Source of the DNA: the human T2T-CHM13v2.0 reference genome, Homo sapiens
NCBI RefSeq assembly: GCF_009914755.1
Contig: NC_060933.1
Reading direction: 5' to 3' (one strand)
Length of the DNA: 64,000 nucleotides
The notes below the pieces were generated by a model. That model saw nothing but the letters and a program-made list of their open reading frames with translations, was not told where the DNA came from and searched no databases. Numbering within the stretch: the first letter of the stretch is position 1; every line of letters starts with the position of its first letter. The translations under genes and the position numbers were made by a program. Positions 42,170-55,211 of this stretch are shown here, in pieces.

Positions 42170-43600
42170 TTGAGAATAGTGCATATCTTTTACATACAGC
42201 TGAGAGCACAGCATGTAAGTATTAAACTCAATGAATGTTCACAAAGGAAATATATCTATATAACCAGCAATAAGGTAATGAAATATATTCTACTGAGAAA
42301 GAGCATTTAAACAAATAAGATGAAATAGGTTTTACGAGAACCTTAAAATCCCCAACATACCCTCTTCCTTTCATTACCTCCATGGAAGGTAATTACTGTC
42401 ATGGCTTTTTTTCTGTTTTTAAAGACAAATATGAATGTAAATGAAGTCAGAAGGTATGTATTTATGGTGTCCAGCTTCTTTTACTCAATCTTATATTTGT
42501 GAGTTTTATCATGGCTATTGTAATAAAAACTATTTGTTCTTATTGCTGTATAATATCTAATTGTATAAATGCAACACTACCTATTCAACTGTTACTGCAT
42601 TTCCAGTTTTTGTCCATTATGAATAGTGCTATTATAAGTGTTCTTGTTATTGGTGAACATGCATATGCAATTCTGTTAGGTAACATCTATACGTCTGATT
42701 TTAGCAATAGCTACACAAGACTTCTCTTGGGTAGTGTTTGCATAATGTACTCTTTCAATACATTTTATTTCTGTGTTATTATATTTAAGATGTGTTTCCA
42801 CTAAGCAGTTTATAGTTGAGCTTTTAAAAGGCTGTCTTAAAATCTTAGTCTTTCTATTTGAATTTTTCGTCTAACATTTGTATTTATGTGATTACTTTCA
42901 TATTTGGGTTTCTGTCTACTAGTTTATACTTTGCTTGAATAGTTTTTCTTTCCTTATTTTGGAATATTCAACTTGTGAATGTATTGTCCATCTATTAGCC
43001 TACCAGTTAAATATTATTTTTAGCATCTATTAAAATTATTTCAGAGTTTAACATTCACCCTTCATTTTTACCGTATAATCAAAAATATAATTTTTAATTA
43101 CTTCCCTGCAAAGATAGGACATTAAACATGATAACTCTATATAACAACCTCTCTTACTATCATGTTACTGTTGTCATGCATTTTAACTCAAAGTATAATT
43201 TTAATTTAAAAGTTTAGTTATTTATAGTCAATGTTCATTTATACTTACCTACGTATTTGCCTTTTTATTACTCTTGATAATTTGCTGCATATATATAGTT
43301 CTGCCAGTTATATTTTTGTTTAGTCTAAATAAATTTAACAATGTTTGGTGTAGATATGTTACAACGTGCCTATATTTGTTTATTTGCAAATACTTTAACA
43401 TACATTATTGAAGGATATTTTAACTCAGTAGAGAAATCTAGATATTTTTTCTTTTTAGGGCTTTATAGATTTCATTATTCTTATACTTAGTGTTTATGTT
43501 AAAATGGCAATCTAATTCCTGCAGCTATAAAGGTAACTTTACTTCTTCTGGCTGCTTTTAGTGTATTCTCTTTTGCTTTGATTTTCCTTTTAGCTTTCTC
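42170..43600 (-). mobile_element. Old L1ME-type fragments
   Basis: Antisense L1ME-like 3' end (CCAGTTTTTGTCCATTATGAATAGTGCTATTATAAG) and more 5' pieces; boundaries approximate. Confidence 0.6.
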
Positions 43601-43913
43601 AAGAAAGGATCACCTTTTTCCTTTGTTCAGAACATAGTATGGGTGTTAATCACCTTAATTCCATTCAAGAGTCTGAAGCTACTCAAGTCTGGATTGTAAA
43701 TTTTTGCCTTGGTGTGTCTACATCTGTTTTACCCCTAAAGCCAGGCCCTCCTAGTTTTAGCTCAGAATGTGGCATAGTCAATCACAGGGTTTCTCACTAG
43801 TTAAGTCCAAAATTCTAATCCTTAATATTTTCCATAGTATAGAGTTCATGCTCCCATGCTCCGTTTCTCCCTTCTTATAGGATAACCTGATGCTTCAATC
43901 TCTTATGTTTCTC

Positions 43914-44682
43914 TGAAATGGGAAAGATCTCTTACCCCTCTCACAGGGTGTGCAACCGTGGTATGGCTCGCTTCTTCAGTGCTCCTCTGCTCAAATCCCT
44001 AGGGGAAGCATGCAGATGGGCAGGTTGCGAGGCTCTGACCCCATGGCAGTGTCTAGGGGTAAATGTTTTCAGTTCCCGAGGCCCCAGTGAGCATGTGTTA
44101 CCATGTACTTTTTTAGTTTAGCCATCTGCAGGCGACTTGTGTTTATCAGCTCAGTTAGACCCCTGCCTTATCACAAGGACAGAAGGCTTTCTGTACCTGG
44201 AATTACTTGCCTTGGTGTCCCGAAAGAACCAGATCACATGTGGGCTTGGAGAATGAGTGCAAGGTTTTATTGAGTGGAGGTAGCTCTCAGTAGATGGGGG
44301 ATGGAGTGGGAATGTTGTTTTCTTCTGGAGTCAAGCTGCTGAGTGGCTGGGATCTCCTTCGACCACCCCAGCCAAATTCTGTGTCATTCCACTGGTAGAT
44401 GGCCTGTCAGCGTCTGCTGGTGCCTGTCACTTGTATCTTTCACTGAAGTATTCCTCTCGACGTCCAGCCATTTGTGTCCATGCCTGCTAGGGTCTCGGGG
44501 TTTTTATAGGCACAGGATGAGGGCATGGCAGGCCAGGGTGGTCTTGACAAATGCAACATTTGGGCACGAAGACAGGAGTGTCTGTCCTCACCTAGGTCCA
44601 TGGGCACAGGCCAGGGGGTGGAGCCCTAGCCAGGGACCTCGCCCTTCTCTACCCAGCACTTCCCTGCCTCACTTCAGTATCA
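43914..44682 (-). mobile_element. ERV1 solo LTR, LTR27/LTR28/LTR1/MER48-type group
   Basis: TG...CA ends; perfect 4-bp TSD TCTC (43910-43913, 44683-44686); minus-strand TATAAAAA and AATAAA; GC-rich. Confidence 0.85.
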
Positions 44683-45449
44683 TCTCTATTACTGTGAACC
44701 TGCAGAATCTACACAGATACCTTATATTTTAATAGTTGCCATGTGCTATGTCTTTTCCTTGCATCTTTAGTCTTTTGCCCTTACTCCAAAACTAGCATGC
44801 ATGTGCATGTGTTCCTGCATGTGTGTGTGTGCATACACGCACATAATATAATACAGCTTCACAATGTAAATTCTCTTCTCCTTGACATCTCCCTTCTTTT
44901 GGGTTGTGTTTCCTTAAGTTTTAGTGCTTCAAGTGCTTTCTATGCCTTTAAATAATTTAAAACATTTTGTATTTCTGTTATTTTGAATATTTTACAGCAG
45001 GAGCATTGGTCAGTCCCAAGCTTTTTTGTCATTTCCACGAGTAAGAATCACATGGAGAGCTGATTTAAAGTCACACATTTTTTGTCGGGGGAGAAAGGTG
45101 AGCAGTGTTGATTTTGACAGCAGAGTGACAGATGTATAGAAAAACAGATGAAGTAAAGTAACTAAAAGAGCTATATATTTGTATTTATTGGGGTTTCTTG
45201 ACCTCAAATCTTCTGATTGATTTAAAGTTGATCATTGTGGTGTTCCATGAAGTATAAAAGGCCTCCAAAGAGGTAATAGTAGTGTCCATAATTAAGCACA
45301 GTTACTAATCCAGAAGTCATGTCGCAGTTTTGTAAGTCATTATATAAATTTTTCAAACACTTTAAAAAAAACTTGTACTTTTTACCAGGACATAATTGAC
45401 TTTTTCTGAACACATCTTTTGCTTACCCAATACACATTAGGTTAATGGT

Positions 45450-46180
45450 TGTATTAGGTAGGATAGATTGTCGTAAGAATTACACCAATATAATAGAAGT
45501 TTGTTTTCTCCATCATGTAACAGCCTGAGTCAGGTGTTTCTCATTGGCAGGTGCCTCTCCCCTAGGTGGTGATTTATTTATTGAACTCTAACATCTCTTG
45601 GGTTTCATCATCATAGGGTCCTGGCCAGTTGATTGAGAAATGAAATGCAAAGACAGTTAACACATGTCTTAAAAGCACTATAATGGCCCACATCACTTTC
45701 ACCAATATCGCCTTAGCTGGATCTCAGTTCCCATAGTCACATCTGGCTGTGAAAGTAGGAATTGTAGGCCAGGCACGGTGACTTACACTTGTAATCTCAG
45801 CACTTTGGGAGGCTGAGGTGGGCAGATCGCCTGAGGTCGGGAGTTTGAGAACAGCATGACCAACATGGAGAAATCCCATCTCTACTAAAAATAAAAAATA
45901 AAAAATAAATAACAAATAAAATACAAAATTAGCCAGGCGTGGCAGTGCATGCCTGTGGTTTCAGCTACTCGGGAGGCTGAGACAGGAGAATCGCTTCAAC
46001 CCAGGAGTTGGAGGTTGCAGTGAGCTGAGATCGCGCCACTGTACTCCAGCCTGGGCAACAAGAGCGAAACTCCATCTCAAAAAAAAAAAAAAAAAAAAGA
46101 AAGTAGGAATTGTAGTCTATATCCATACTCAAGATGCAGAAGAAATATGGTTTCTTGATGAACAGCAGTGTCTGTCCCAA
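45450..46180 (-). mobile_element. Old MLT1 LTR interrupted by AluSp
   Basis: TGTATTAGGTAGGATAG...TAGAAGTTTGTTTTCTC...CACATCACTTTC...[Alu]...TGAACAGC. Confidence 0.6.
45767..46098 (+). mobile_element. AluSp with expanded middle A-rich linker
   Basis: Diagnostic GACCAACATGGAGAAA and GGGCAACAAGAGCGAAACTCC; perfect TSD GAAAGTAGGAATTGTA 45751-45766 and 46099-46114. Confidence 0.96.
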
Positions 46181-48741
46181 TAGTAAAAATAGTTTCAAGA
46201 ATTAAGTGAGTTTTAGAGAAATGTGGTAATACTTATACACACAAAATTCTAAACAATATATACCCAAGTATACCGAGTTCTGGAATAATTGTTGATTCAG
46301 AGCCAGCAGTAGCTGAAGGGAAAACCCACATATGCGATTTTATATTACTTGCTTCATAGTCAATAATATGTTTGACAAATGAAAAGTCATGATATTCTGA
46401 TTTATATATGCTCCGTTTAGAAATGTAAATAATAAGTATTTTTAAAAAATTATTATTAATTTTATAATATAAATGACCATTGCTAATATTCTTTTCTATT
46501 ACCTTCTCATTTTCTTTTACAACATTAAAACTGACATAGTGAAGGATATTGGGCTGAACAATAAGAATGATCATTTTCAGCATTGTTGAATTGTGAGAAT
46601 GGTAGTTTTATATAATTTAAAGTAACAAAATCAAAAATGAAGAGTAAAACACTTTCTATTAATTAGAAATTTTGACTATACTTGACTCTGTAATAGTCTA
46701 TTTAAGATGTGGGGTAGCCATCATTAAATTAGTCATATTCTGTTATAAACAAAGTCTCTGACATTTCACAATAAGTTTTCAATATTATTTAATGAGTAAA
46801 TTAATTAGCAAACATAGTTCTATAAATCTTCAATTAGTTAAACTTATCACAATACATATATGTATATATTTAAAATGCTTGGAAACAATAAGAGATAAAA
46901 AGACCCTAACACCCTGTGGAAATCAGCAATTTTTATATAAAATATATTTAAAACAAAAACTAGAATTTTAACTTGAAAGCAGAGAATAAGCCTTCAAAAA
47001 TAGAATTACTATTGTATAGGTAATGATGTTTAGATGTAATGAACATGTTGAAATGTCATGTGTGTAATATATGAGCTAATGTCTTCATTATTAAAATTGC
47101 ACTTAACTCAAAAGTTAATGATCTTTAAATCCGACAAAGGTATCTAATTCATTAAGTGCCTAATGTTTTTCTAACTTTATGAGATATTATAGAATCATAT
47201 AAAGTAAGTAATACTCTACTGTGAGCCAAAACACTTAGCAAATTATCTCAAATAACCTAAATATAATAATTCATTTCAAGTTACAGAACTGGAGACCAAA
47301 TTCACTGAATTAATTATATTTCATTTGACAAGAGTAATGATGCTTCATCAGAAATACATTTTTTTTAAATTTATTGAGCCCACTTCTCCTTAAATTTGTT
47401 TATTTAAATTTATTGAAGTAAAAATTTCACACCTTAGTTGGTGGTTTCTGCAGTCTTCATTCTATTCTATTATTTACTGTTCTGAAATATTATGCTTTTA
47501 AAATCATTCAAGTGATAGCATTAAAATATAACACACATTTATATGTATTTTTATCAAAAGCATTTATTATATTTTATGGCTTCTACAGAAAAAAATATGT
47601 GATAATGCATATTGGATGGCTATGGTAAACAAAGAAAGCATTATCTATTTGCTAATTGTGTAAATAATTCCTAAAAGTTTTAGAAAGCTAATGTGATATA
47701 ATCTTTCATTTAACAGGTGAAAATATTATGCACCACAGAGTTTCAGTGTCCTGATGAAGCTCTGTTTCTTTGTTGTTAGTTTTCCCTGTCCTCAACAGAG
47801 AAAATAAAATTTCTCTTTACATTTCTGGAATTTTATTGACTTGGGTTTCTCTGTGCCCTCAGCTCTTTGATGAGCATAGTTTTTAAAACTATTATGCCTT
47901 ATCTAGGCTACTCTAGTTAGACTGGGAACGAGTTTCTTGCACCTGTCTACATTCTACCTAGAAATGGAAGGCTTATTCAGATTATATTCTTGTTTTCATC
48001 AAAATGTTTCATCTGATAAGAGTTATCTTGTCATAGAAATAAAAGTTCATATTTATTTTCTAGTAGAAAATATAATCAGTGGTAAGAAATACAATCATTA
48101 CATTAAGGAATAAATTGCATATGTTATTTCTTTAAATTCTGTAATTTCATATTGTTATTGAGCTATTCAAAACAAGCTTGATTCTTTGCATCCATTATAA
48201 AGATTTCTTTTTATCTCTCTAGACAAATATTTCTTTAATAAAAATTATGATTTGTCTCTGTTTTTTTTTTATTTTTTAGTTGATAAGTAAATTGCATTAT
48301 TTATAGTGTGCAATACGAAACATACATATATGGTGACATGCCTAAATGAAGCTAATCAACATATGCATTATGTTATACTTTTTTGTGGTAAGAACATTTA
48401 AAATCTACACACTTAGCAATTTTCAAGTATACATTACTTTGCTCTAAATTATATTCACCATGTTGTACAATAGATCTCCTGAACATATTCCTCCTAACTG
48501 ATATTTTGTATTCTTTAACCAACATCTTCCCCAATCCCCTCCCCTCCACTAAGCCCCTGATAATTGTCATTCTACTCTCTGTTTCTATAAGTTCAACCTT
48601 TTCAGATTCCACAAACAAATGAGATCACGTGATATTGTCTTTCTGTGCCTGGCTTAATTCACTTAACACAGTGTCCTCGAGGTTCATCCATGTTCTTGCG
48701 AATTACAAGATTTCCTTCTTTTCAAAGGCTGAATAGTTTTG

Positions 48742-48742
<1 letters not shown>

Positions 48743-48781
<39 letters not shown>
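48743..48781. repeat. (TG)n microsatellite
   Basis: About 16 TG units inside L1MA. Confidence 0.97.
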
Positions 48782-49584
48782 TGCCTACAGGTGCATATAA
48801 AATCTTCTTTATTAATTCATTCATTGGTGGACAATTTATATATTGATGGTTGATTCTACATCTTAGGTATTGAGAATAAATCCACAAACAACATGGGAGT
48901 GTGAATATCTTTCAACATATTGAATGTAGTTCCTTTGCATATATACCCAGAAAAGGGACTGTTGGAACATATGGTAGTTCAATTTTTAGTTTTTCTCAAG
49001 AACTTCCAAACTGTTTTCCATATTGGCTGTACTAATTTACATTTTCACTAACAGTTTATAAGGGTTCTCTTTTCTCCATATCCTCACCAATACTTATCTA
49101 TTGTCATTTTGATAATAGCCTTCTAACATTTGTGAGTTGATATTTCATTGTGGTTTGTATTTTCTTGCTGATTAGTGATGTTGAGTATTTTTCCATATAC
49201 CTATTGGCTACTTTTATATCCTTTTTTGAAAAATGTCTTTTCAGGTCCTTCGTCCATTTTTTTTCATCAGGTTATTTACATTCTAACTATTGAATTGTTT
49301 GTGTTCCTTAAATATTTTTGATATTAGCCCTGTATCAGATTTATGGTTTATAAATATTTTCTCATATTTCATAGGTTGTCTCTTCATTCTGTTGTTTTCT
49401 TTGCTGTGCAGAAGCTTAGTTTGATGCAATCACATTTATCTACTTTTGCTTTGGTTGTCTATGTTTTAGGAGTCATATCCAAAAAAATAATTGCCCAGAT
49501 GAATGTCATGAAGCTGTTTCCCTAGGTTTGCTTTGAGTAGTTTAAGAGTTTCAGGTTTTATGTTGAAGTGTCTAATGCATTTTC

Positions 49585-50763
49585 TTTTTCTTTTTTTTTT
49601 ATACACTTTAAGTTCTAGGGTACATGTGCAGAATGTGCAGTTTTGTTACATAGGTATACACATACCATGGTGGTTTGCTGCACCCATCAACCCATCACCT
49701 AGATTAGGTATTTCTCCTGATGTTCCTGATGTTATCCCTCCCCTAGCTCCCCACCAATAGGCCCCTGTGTGTGATGTTCCCCACCATGTGTCCATGTGTT
49801 CTCATTGTTCAAATACCACTTATGAGTGAGAACATGCGGTGTTTGGTTTTCTGTCCTTGTGATAGTTTGCTGAGAATGATGGTTTCCAGCTTCATCCATG
49901 TCCCTGCTAAGGACATTAACTCATCCTTTTTTATGGCTGCATAGTATTCCATGCAGTGTAAGTGCCACCTTTTCTCTATCCAGTCTATTATTGATGGACA
50001 TTTGGGTGGGTTCCAAGTCTTTGCTATTGTGGATAGTGCCACAATAAACATACATATGCATGTGTCTTTATAGTAGCATGACTTATAATCTTTTGGGTAT
50101 ATACCCAGTAATGAAATTGCTGGGTCAAATGGTATTTCTAGTTCTAGATCCTTGAGGAATCACCACACTGTCTTCCACAATGGTTGAACTAGTTTACAGT
50201 CCCACCAACAGTGTAAAAGCATTCCTATTTCTCCACATCCTCTCCAGCATTTGTTGTTTCCTGACTTTTTAATCATCACCAATCCAACTGGTGTGAGATG
50301 GTATCTCATTGTGGTTTTGATTTGCATTTCTCTAATGACCAGTGTTGATGAGAATTTTTTCATATGTTTGTTGGTTGCATAAATGTCTTCTTTTGAGAAG
50401 TGTCTTTTCATATCCTTTGCCCACTTTTTGATGGAGTTGTTTGTTTTTTCTTATAAATTTGTTTAAGTTCTTTGTAGATTCTAGATATTAGCCCTTTGAC
50501 AGATTCATAGATTGCAAAAATTTTCTCCCATTCTGTAGGTTGCCTGTTCACTCTGATGATAGTTTCTTTTTCTGTGCAGAAGCTCTTTAGTTTAATTAGA
50601 TCCCATTTGTCAATTTTGTCTTTTGTTGCCATTGCTTTTGGTGTTTTAGACATGAAATCTTTGCCCATGACTATGTCCTGAATCATATTGCCCAGGTTTT
50701 CTTCTAGGATTTGTATGGTCCTAGGTCTTTCGTTTAAGTCTTTGATCCATCTTGAGTTGATTT
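49585..50763 (-). mobile_element. 5'-truncated L1PA (about L1PA6-8), nested in L1MA
   Basis: Poly(T) + ACTTTAAGTTCTAGGGTACATGTGCAGAATGTGCAG; ORFs 49809-50686 are the ORF2 C-terminus ([17 protein letters not shown]). Confidence 0.93.
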
Positions 50764-50982
50764 CAGTTGATTTTCTGTAGGGTATGAAATAATGGTCTAA
50801 TTTAATTTTTCTGCATGTGGATATCCTGTTTTCACAACACCATTTAATGTAGAGACTGTCTTTTTCCCATGGTGTGTTCTTGGCATCTTTATTGACAATA
50901 GAGTTGGTTATGATTCCAAGGATTTATTTCTATGTTCTCTATCCTGTTTCATTAGTCTACTTGTTTGTTTTTGGGCTGGTAC

Positions 50983-51661
50983 AAAGATCAGGATTAAGAC
51001 AAGGATATCTACTCTTGCCACCCATTCAACATAGTACTATAAGTTCCAGCCAGAGGAATTAGACAAAAGGATAAAATAAGAGGCATTGAGATCAGAAAGG
51101 AATAAGTTAAATTGTGTCTGTTTACAGATGACGTGATCTTATATATAGAAAACTCTAAAGACTCTAACAAAAAACTATTCAAACTAATAACAAGTAATTT
51201 CAGGATACAAAATTGACATAAAAAATCAGTAGTGTTTCTATACACTAACAACAAAATATCTGACAAATCAAGAAAACAATCCCATTTACAAGAGCTACAA
51301 AAAATACCTAGGAATAAATTTAATGAAGAAGATGAAATATCTGTACATGGAAAACTATAAAACATTGATGAAAGAAATTGAAGAAGATATAAATAAATGG
51401 AAATATATACTGTGTTAATGGATTGGACGAATTAATATAACTAAAATGTCCATACCAACTAAAGTATTCTACACATCACAGTTAACATTCCAATAACATT
51501 TTTCACGGAAATAGAAAAAGTATTCCTAAAATTTGTATTGAATCCCAAGTGACTCCGAATAGCCAAGGCAAGCTTGAGCAAAAAAGAACAAAACTGGAAG
51601 CACACAATACCTGATTTCAAAATATACTTCAAAGCTATGGTAATCAAAACAGTATGGAACT
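50983..51661 (+). mobile_element. Inverted L1 ORF2 segment (twin-priming partner of the L1MA)
   Basis: Sense L1 RT region from AAGATCAGG...AGACAAGGAT to CAAAACAGTATGGAAC, contiguous in L1 coordinates with the end of the minus segment. Confidence 0.85.
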
Positions 51662-51784
51662 GAGTTTTTGTTATTTTATGTTAATGTCTTTTGTACAATT
51701 GTGCTTTACAATCTTCAAGACATGTTATTTTGTTATGACTTTATTTAGTAGATTTTTCCCTTTCATTACAACCTTAAATACCTT

Positions 51785-52310
51785 GAAAAAGAAATATGAG
51801 ATGTTCAGAGAAAAAGGGAAAGCTTTATTTTCTATAAAAGAATGCAGTCTTCAGATTGGGGAGGCACAGCCTCTAGTATAAGTGAAAATGTGCTCTCAGA
51901 AGACCATAGGGAGGGTCTGGCTCAAATAGGGAAAGTTCTCATCCTGGTTCTCCATCAAATCCTTTCATGTAAATGAAAATTTCAAACTTGTTCAGCTCCG
52001 ATTGGTTGAAATCATTGACCAGATTGGAATTTCCACATTAGAAGCCAGAAGTCTGTCAGATGTTTCTTTCAAATGGCTGGTTGGGGCAGGGGTTTCTGGC
52101 CATAGTTTATCTTGGCAAGGAAACAGGAACTAGTTTGGCTTGATTTTAGAAAGGGAAGACCTGTGACATTTTTACAATATTTTTCTGAGGACACAGAGTG
52201 TGTGACCTCTCCCTCACCCAGCCATGGCCGCCTAATTCTGTTTTAGCTTTGACCACCTCAGTTAGCTATGGGGAGTCCATTTTGTCTATTGTCTGGGGGC
52301 ATGTTTTAAG
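51785..52310 (-). mobile_element. ERV1-type LTR (MER67-like; family uncertain)
   Basis: Minus-strand AATAAA near one end, CCAAT (GATTGG) boxes, GGGGAGTCCATTTTGTC...GGGGGCATGTTTTAA terminus. Confidence 0.55.
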
Positions 52311-52609
52311 AGATAGATTTTTAATATCATATGTTGATTTTACTTCCTTGTGAACATCACTTATAGCTATGTTGCATAATGTTTGTTCTACATATTTTGT
52401 TGCCTCATCATTTCATTGTCTTTTTGCTTTGATTTCACTGTATCATAAGCTATTCTGTGTTTACAATTTAGTTTTCAGCCCTCCATTTGATTCCATGCTA
52501 CCCTAGACATATTATTTTAGTTGTAAATGGTGTTTTTGTCCTTTATAAATACATTTATATATATTTCTGTAGTTCTCATGATCTCACTTTAACATTTTAT
52601 CTACGATAT

Positions 52610-53090
52610 TATGGTAGGTTACATTATTGACTTCAATTCTTCTCCTGTTTCTGTATCCAATTCCTTTGTCATATAGCTTTGCTGTTAATGTCACAGATGT
52701 ACAGTGTAGCCTGAGCCCCTTAACATATTTTGGTCATGAGATTTGCTTTTCCCAATGGGATATTGGTAACCAGCTAGGGATTATTAGGCCCAGCTAGGGA
52801 TAGAGATGTACTCACACATTATGGCTTGCTCTCTCGTGCTTCTGCCATTGCCATTACATAAGCATGCCCTGGCTAGCCTATTGGTTTGAGGGGTAGAAGA
52901 GATACAGGGAGTAAATAAGAACTGAACCTGTAGTCTAAAATCATATATCCAGTATCAGTTTATATCAGCAAAGGGACCCCAGATGACTTGCAAACACATG
53001 AGAAATACATGATTACTTCTTTTTGCCAATGAATGTATATTGTGTGTTTGTATGTGTGTGTTTGAGTCTTAGCAAACACTGACTCATATG
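52610..53090 (+). mobile_element. Old MLT1 (H/I-like) LTR
   Basis: GGTCATGAGATTTGCTTTTCCCAATGGGATATT...CTTCTGCCATTGCCAT...AGCATGCCCTGGCTAGCC. Confidence 0.7.
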
Positions 53091-54960
53091 ATCCAATGAT
53101 ATACCTGTACTCAATAAGTTTACATTCTTATTGTTTCCAGCTACAGCACTGGGCATCTAGGTGTAAATTTAATACTCTGTATGATAATTTAATTCAAAAA
53201 TTAATTCTCATTACTTGTACTTGCTATGCTTCTTTTCTCCTTTTTTTTGTTAAGTAGAATTTCCCTTTTAATGTTGCCATATTTTTTCCTTTATCTTCCT
53301 CCACGTTTTTCAAATAAGCAAATTACATCAAATAGTATTGTGTTTTCTGTGACTTTATTTGACTCCCTCCTCACTACTTTGGGAGCTGTTTATCTTCTCT
53401 ATAGAAATATAACTTAAAGATTGATTTTGTGTTTTTAGTTGTATTTATTTTTAGGTGGCAGTGACTAATCTTGGTTGGTGAACCTAGGTATATTTTTCAA
53501 GCTCTTATTTTATTAAATGGACCATATATAAGGTTTACCCAACTGAATTAAAACTATCTTTTATTTTTATAGAGAAGTCCATTAGATTTTGGAACCTGGG
53601 AAAGTATCAACTTTGGATATTGTTTCTGAATTTTAAATATCTTCTTTCATCAGCTGTCATTTTCACTCATAAATTCAAAAGAAAAGCGTAAAATTAGGAC
53701 CTATAGTTTTGGGTCCCTGTCTTTGTTTACTGCTACAGTAGAGAGGCCTGGGGGAAAGGCACCCTCACTGGGAATTCCAATGTATTTCTTGCTTCCTAAA
53801 TTTCTACTTTCTTTTATTATGTTGTCTTTTATTCTTTTATTGGTTTATGTTGCTAAGGTTTTCTTCGTAGCTAGGGATAGTCTGATTTTTTTTGTTGGCC
53901 TTCATTACATTTATGATTGGCCAGAAGGCATTAGCTGAGCTCCATTAAATTAATTGGTGGAAAAACTTACTCTTTGAGATTTTTATTTATTTTCATGTTC
54001 AGCTGCTATCTTATCCTTCAGTGTGTTTCTGTACGAATATGAATATATTCACATCAATTTTCACGGTGTTTCTTTTTTTAAAATGTATACTTTTTGAGAG
54101 AGACATAGAGGAAAGTGAAGATAGAATTGTATGCCGACCCCAGTAGCAATCTCTTTCACTGCTAGGTTTAGAAATGTATTGTATAAAATTTTACGTCTTT
54201 GTTATTTTTGTTGTTGTTGTTGTTGAAGATTTTCTAGGCTTTTCTTTATTTGTTTGCATTTACTCTCTGTAAAACAATATGCTGTTATTGGACTTTACTA
54301 TCTTACCTTAAAATTCCATACATCGTCTTTTGCCTTTCAATTACTTTTGCAATCAAACTGGCATTTCCATCATATATTGATTCCCCAATTATTTTTAAAA
54401 AAGATTTATATGTTCAATCACCAACTTTTCTAATTATGGCTCTAGTATTAAATTTGTAACATGAAACTTTCAACTGCTGAGTTATTTCATATAATCATTA
54501 GTGTACCTCTTAATTTTGATTAGTCTTTTATTCCACATGATGTTTCTTCTTGTGTTATTTTTACTGACTGTGTTAATGGGTATTCCAGCTTTTGTAAGGA
54601 ACCCTTGCTAAAATGATTTTTAAATAAATGACAAGCACTTTACTACATACATTTCAATTTCTTTTCTATGTTGGTGAGTCAGAATAGTACCATGTAATTT
54701 GCATTTCATTTTCTATCAGACTAAGTTATATGTCCTTTAAAATTCAAACTATATTTTATCCTCCCCATTTACTATTGTTTCTTTAATATTATAATGGTAT
54801 GCATTCTTTGCTGAATTTTAGTTAAAACAGGTGGTTAATTTTTCAGACTGAAATCTCAGATCTCCAGAAGAGCACATTGGAAAGCTTCAGAAGCATGGTT
54901 AATTGAATAATTGAAGCAACTCTACAAATTGCTGAACCCCAGTATTTGCATATGTTGAAA

Positions 54961-55211
54961 ATTCTCACTCAAAGGTGGGAACTGAACAGTGAGAACACAT
55001 GGACACAGGAAGGGGAACATCACACTCTGGGTACTGTTGTGGGGTGGGGGGAGGGGGGAGGGATAGCATTAGGAGATATACCTAATGCTAAATGACAACT
55101 TAATGGGTGCAGCACACCAGCATGGCACATGTATACATATGTAACTAACCTGCACATTGTGCACATGTACCCTAAAACTTAAAGTATAATAATAATAAAA
55201 TAAAAAAAAAA
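54961..55211 (+). mobile_element. Young 5'-truncated L1PA (L1PA2/3-like) 3' end
   Basis: Near-consensus 3' UTR with G-tract and poly(A); perfect 13-bp TSD GAAAATTCTCACT 54957-54969 and 55212-55224. Confidence 0.95.

Larger units (their letters stand above)
48260..50982 (-). mobile_element. L1MA-type element (3' end to mid-ORF2), host of a younger L1
   Basis: Poly(T), GAACATTTAAAATCTACAC...TTGTACAATAGATCTC L1MA 3' UTR; ORF2 homology resumes at ~50761. Confidence 0.88.

Noticed and set aside
44343-44732. 129-aa GC-rich ORF or CpG-island-like region
   Set aside because: Lies antisense within an ERV1 solo LTR with TSD, and is CpG-depleted
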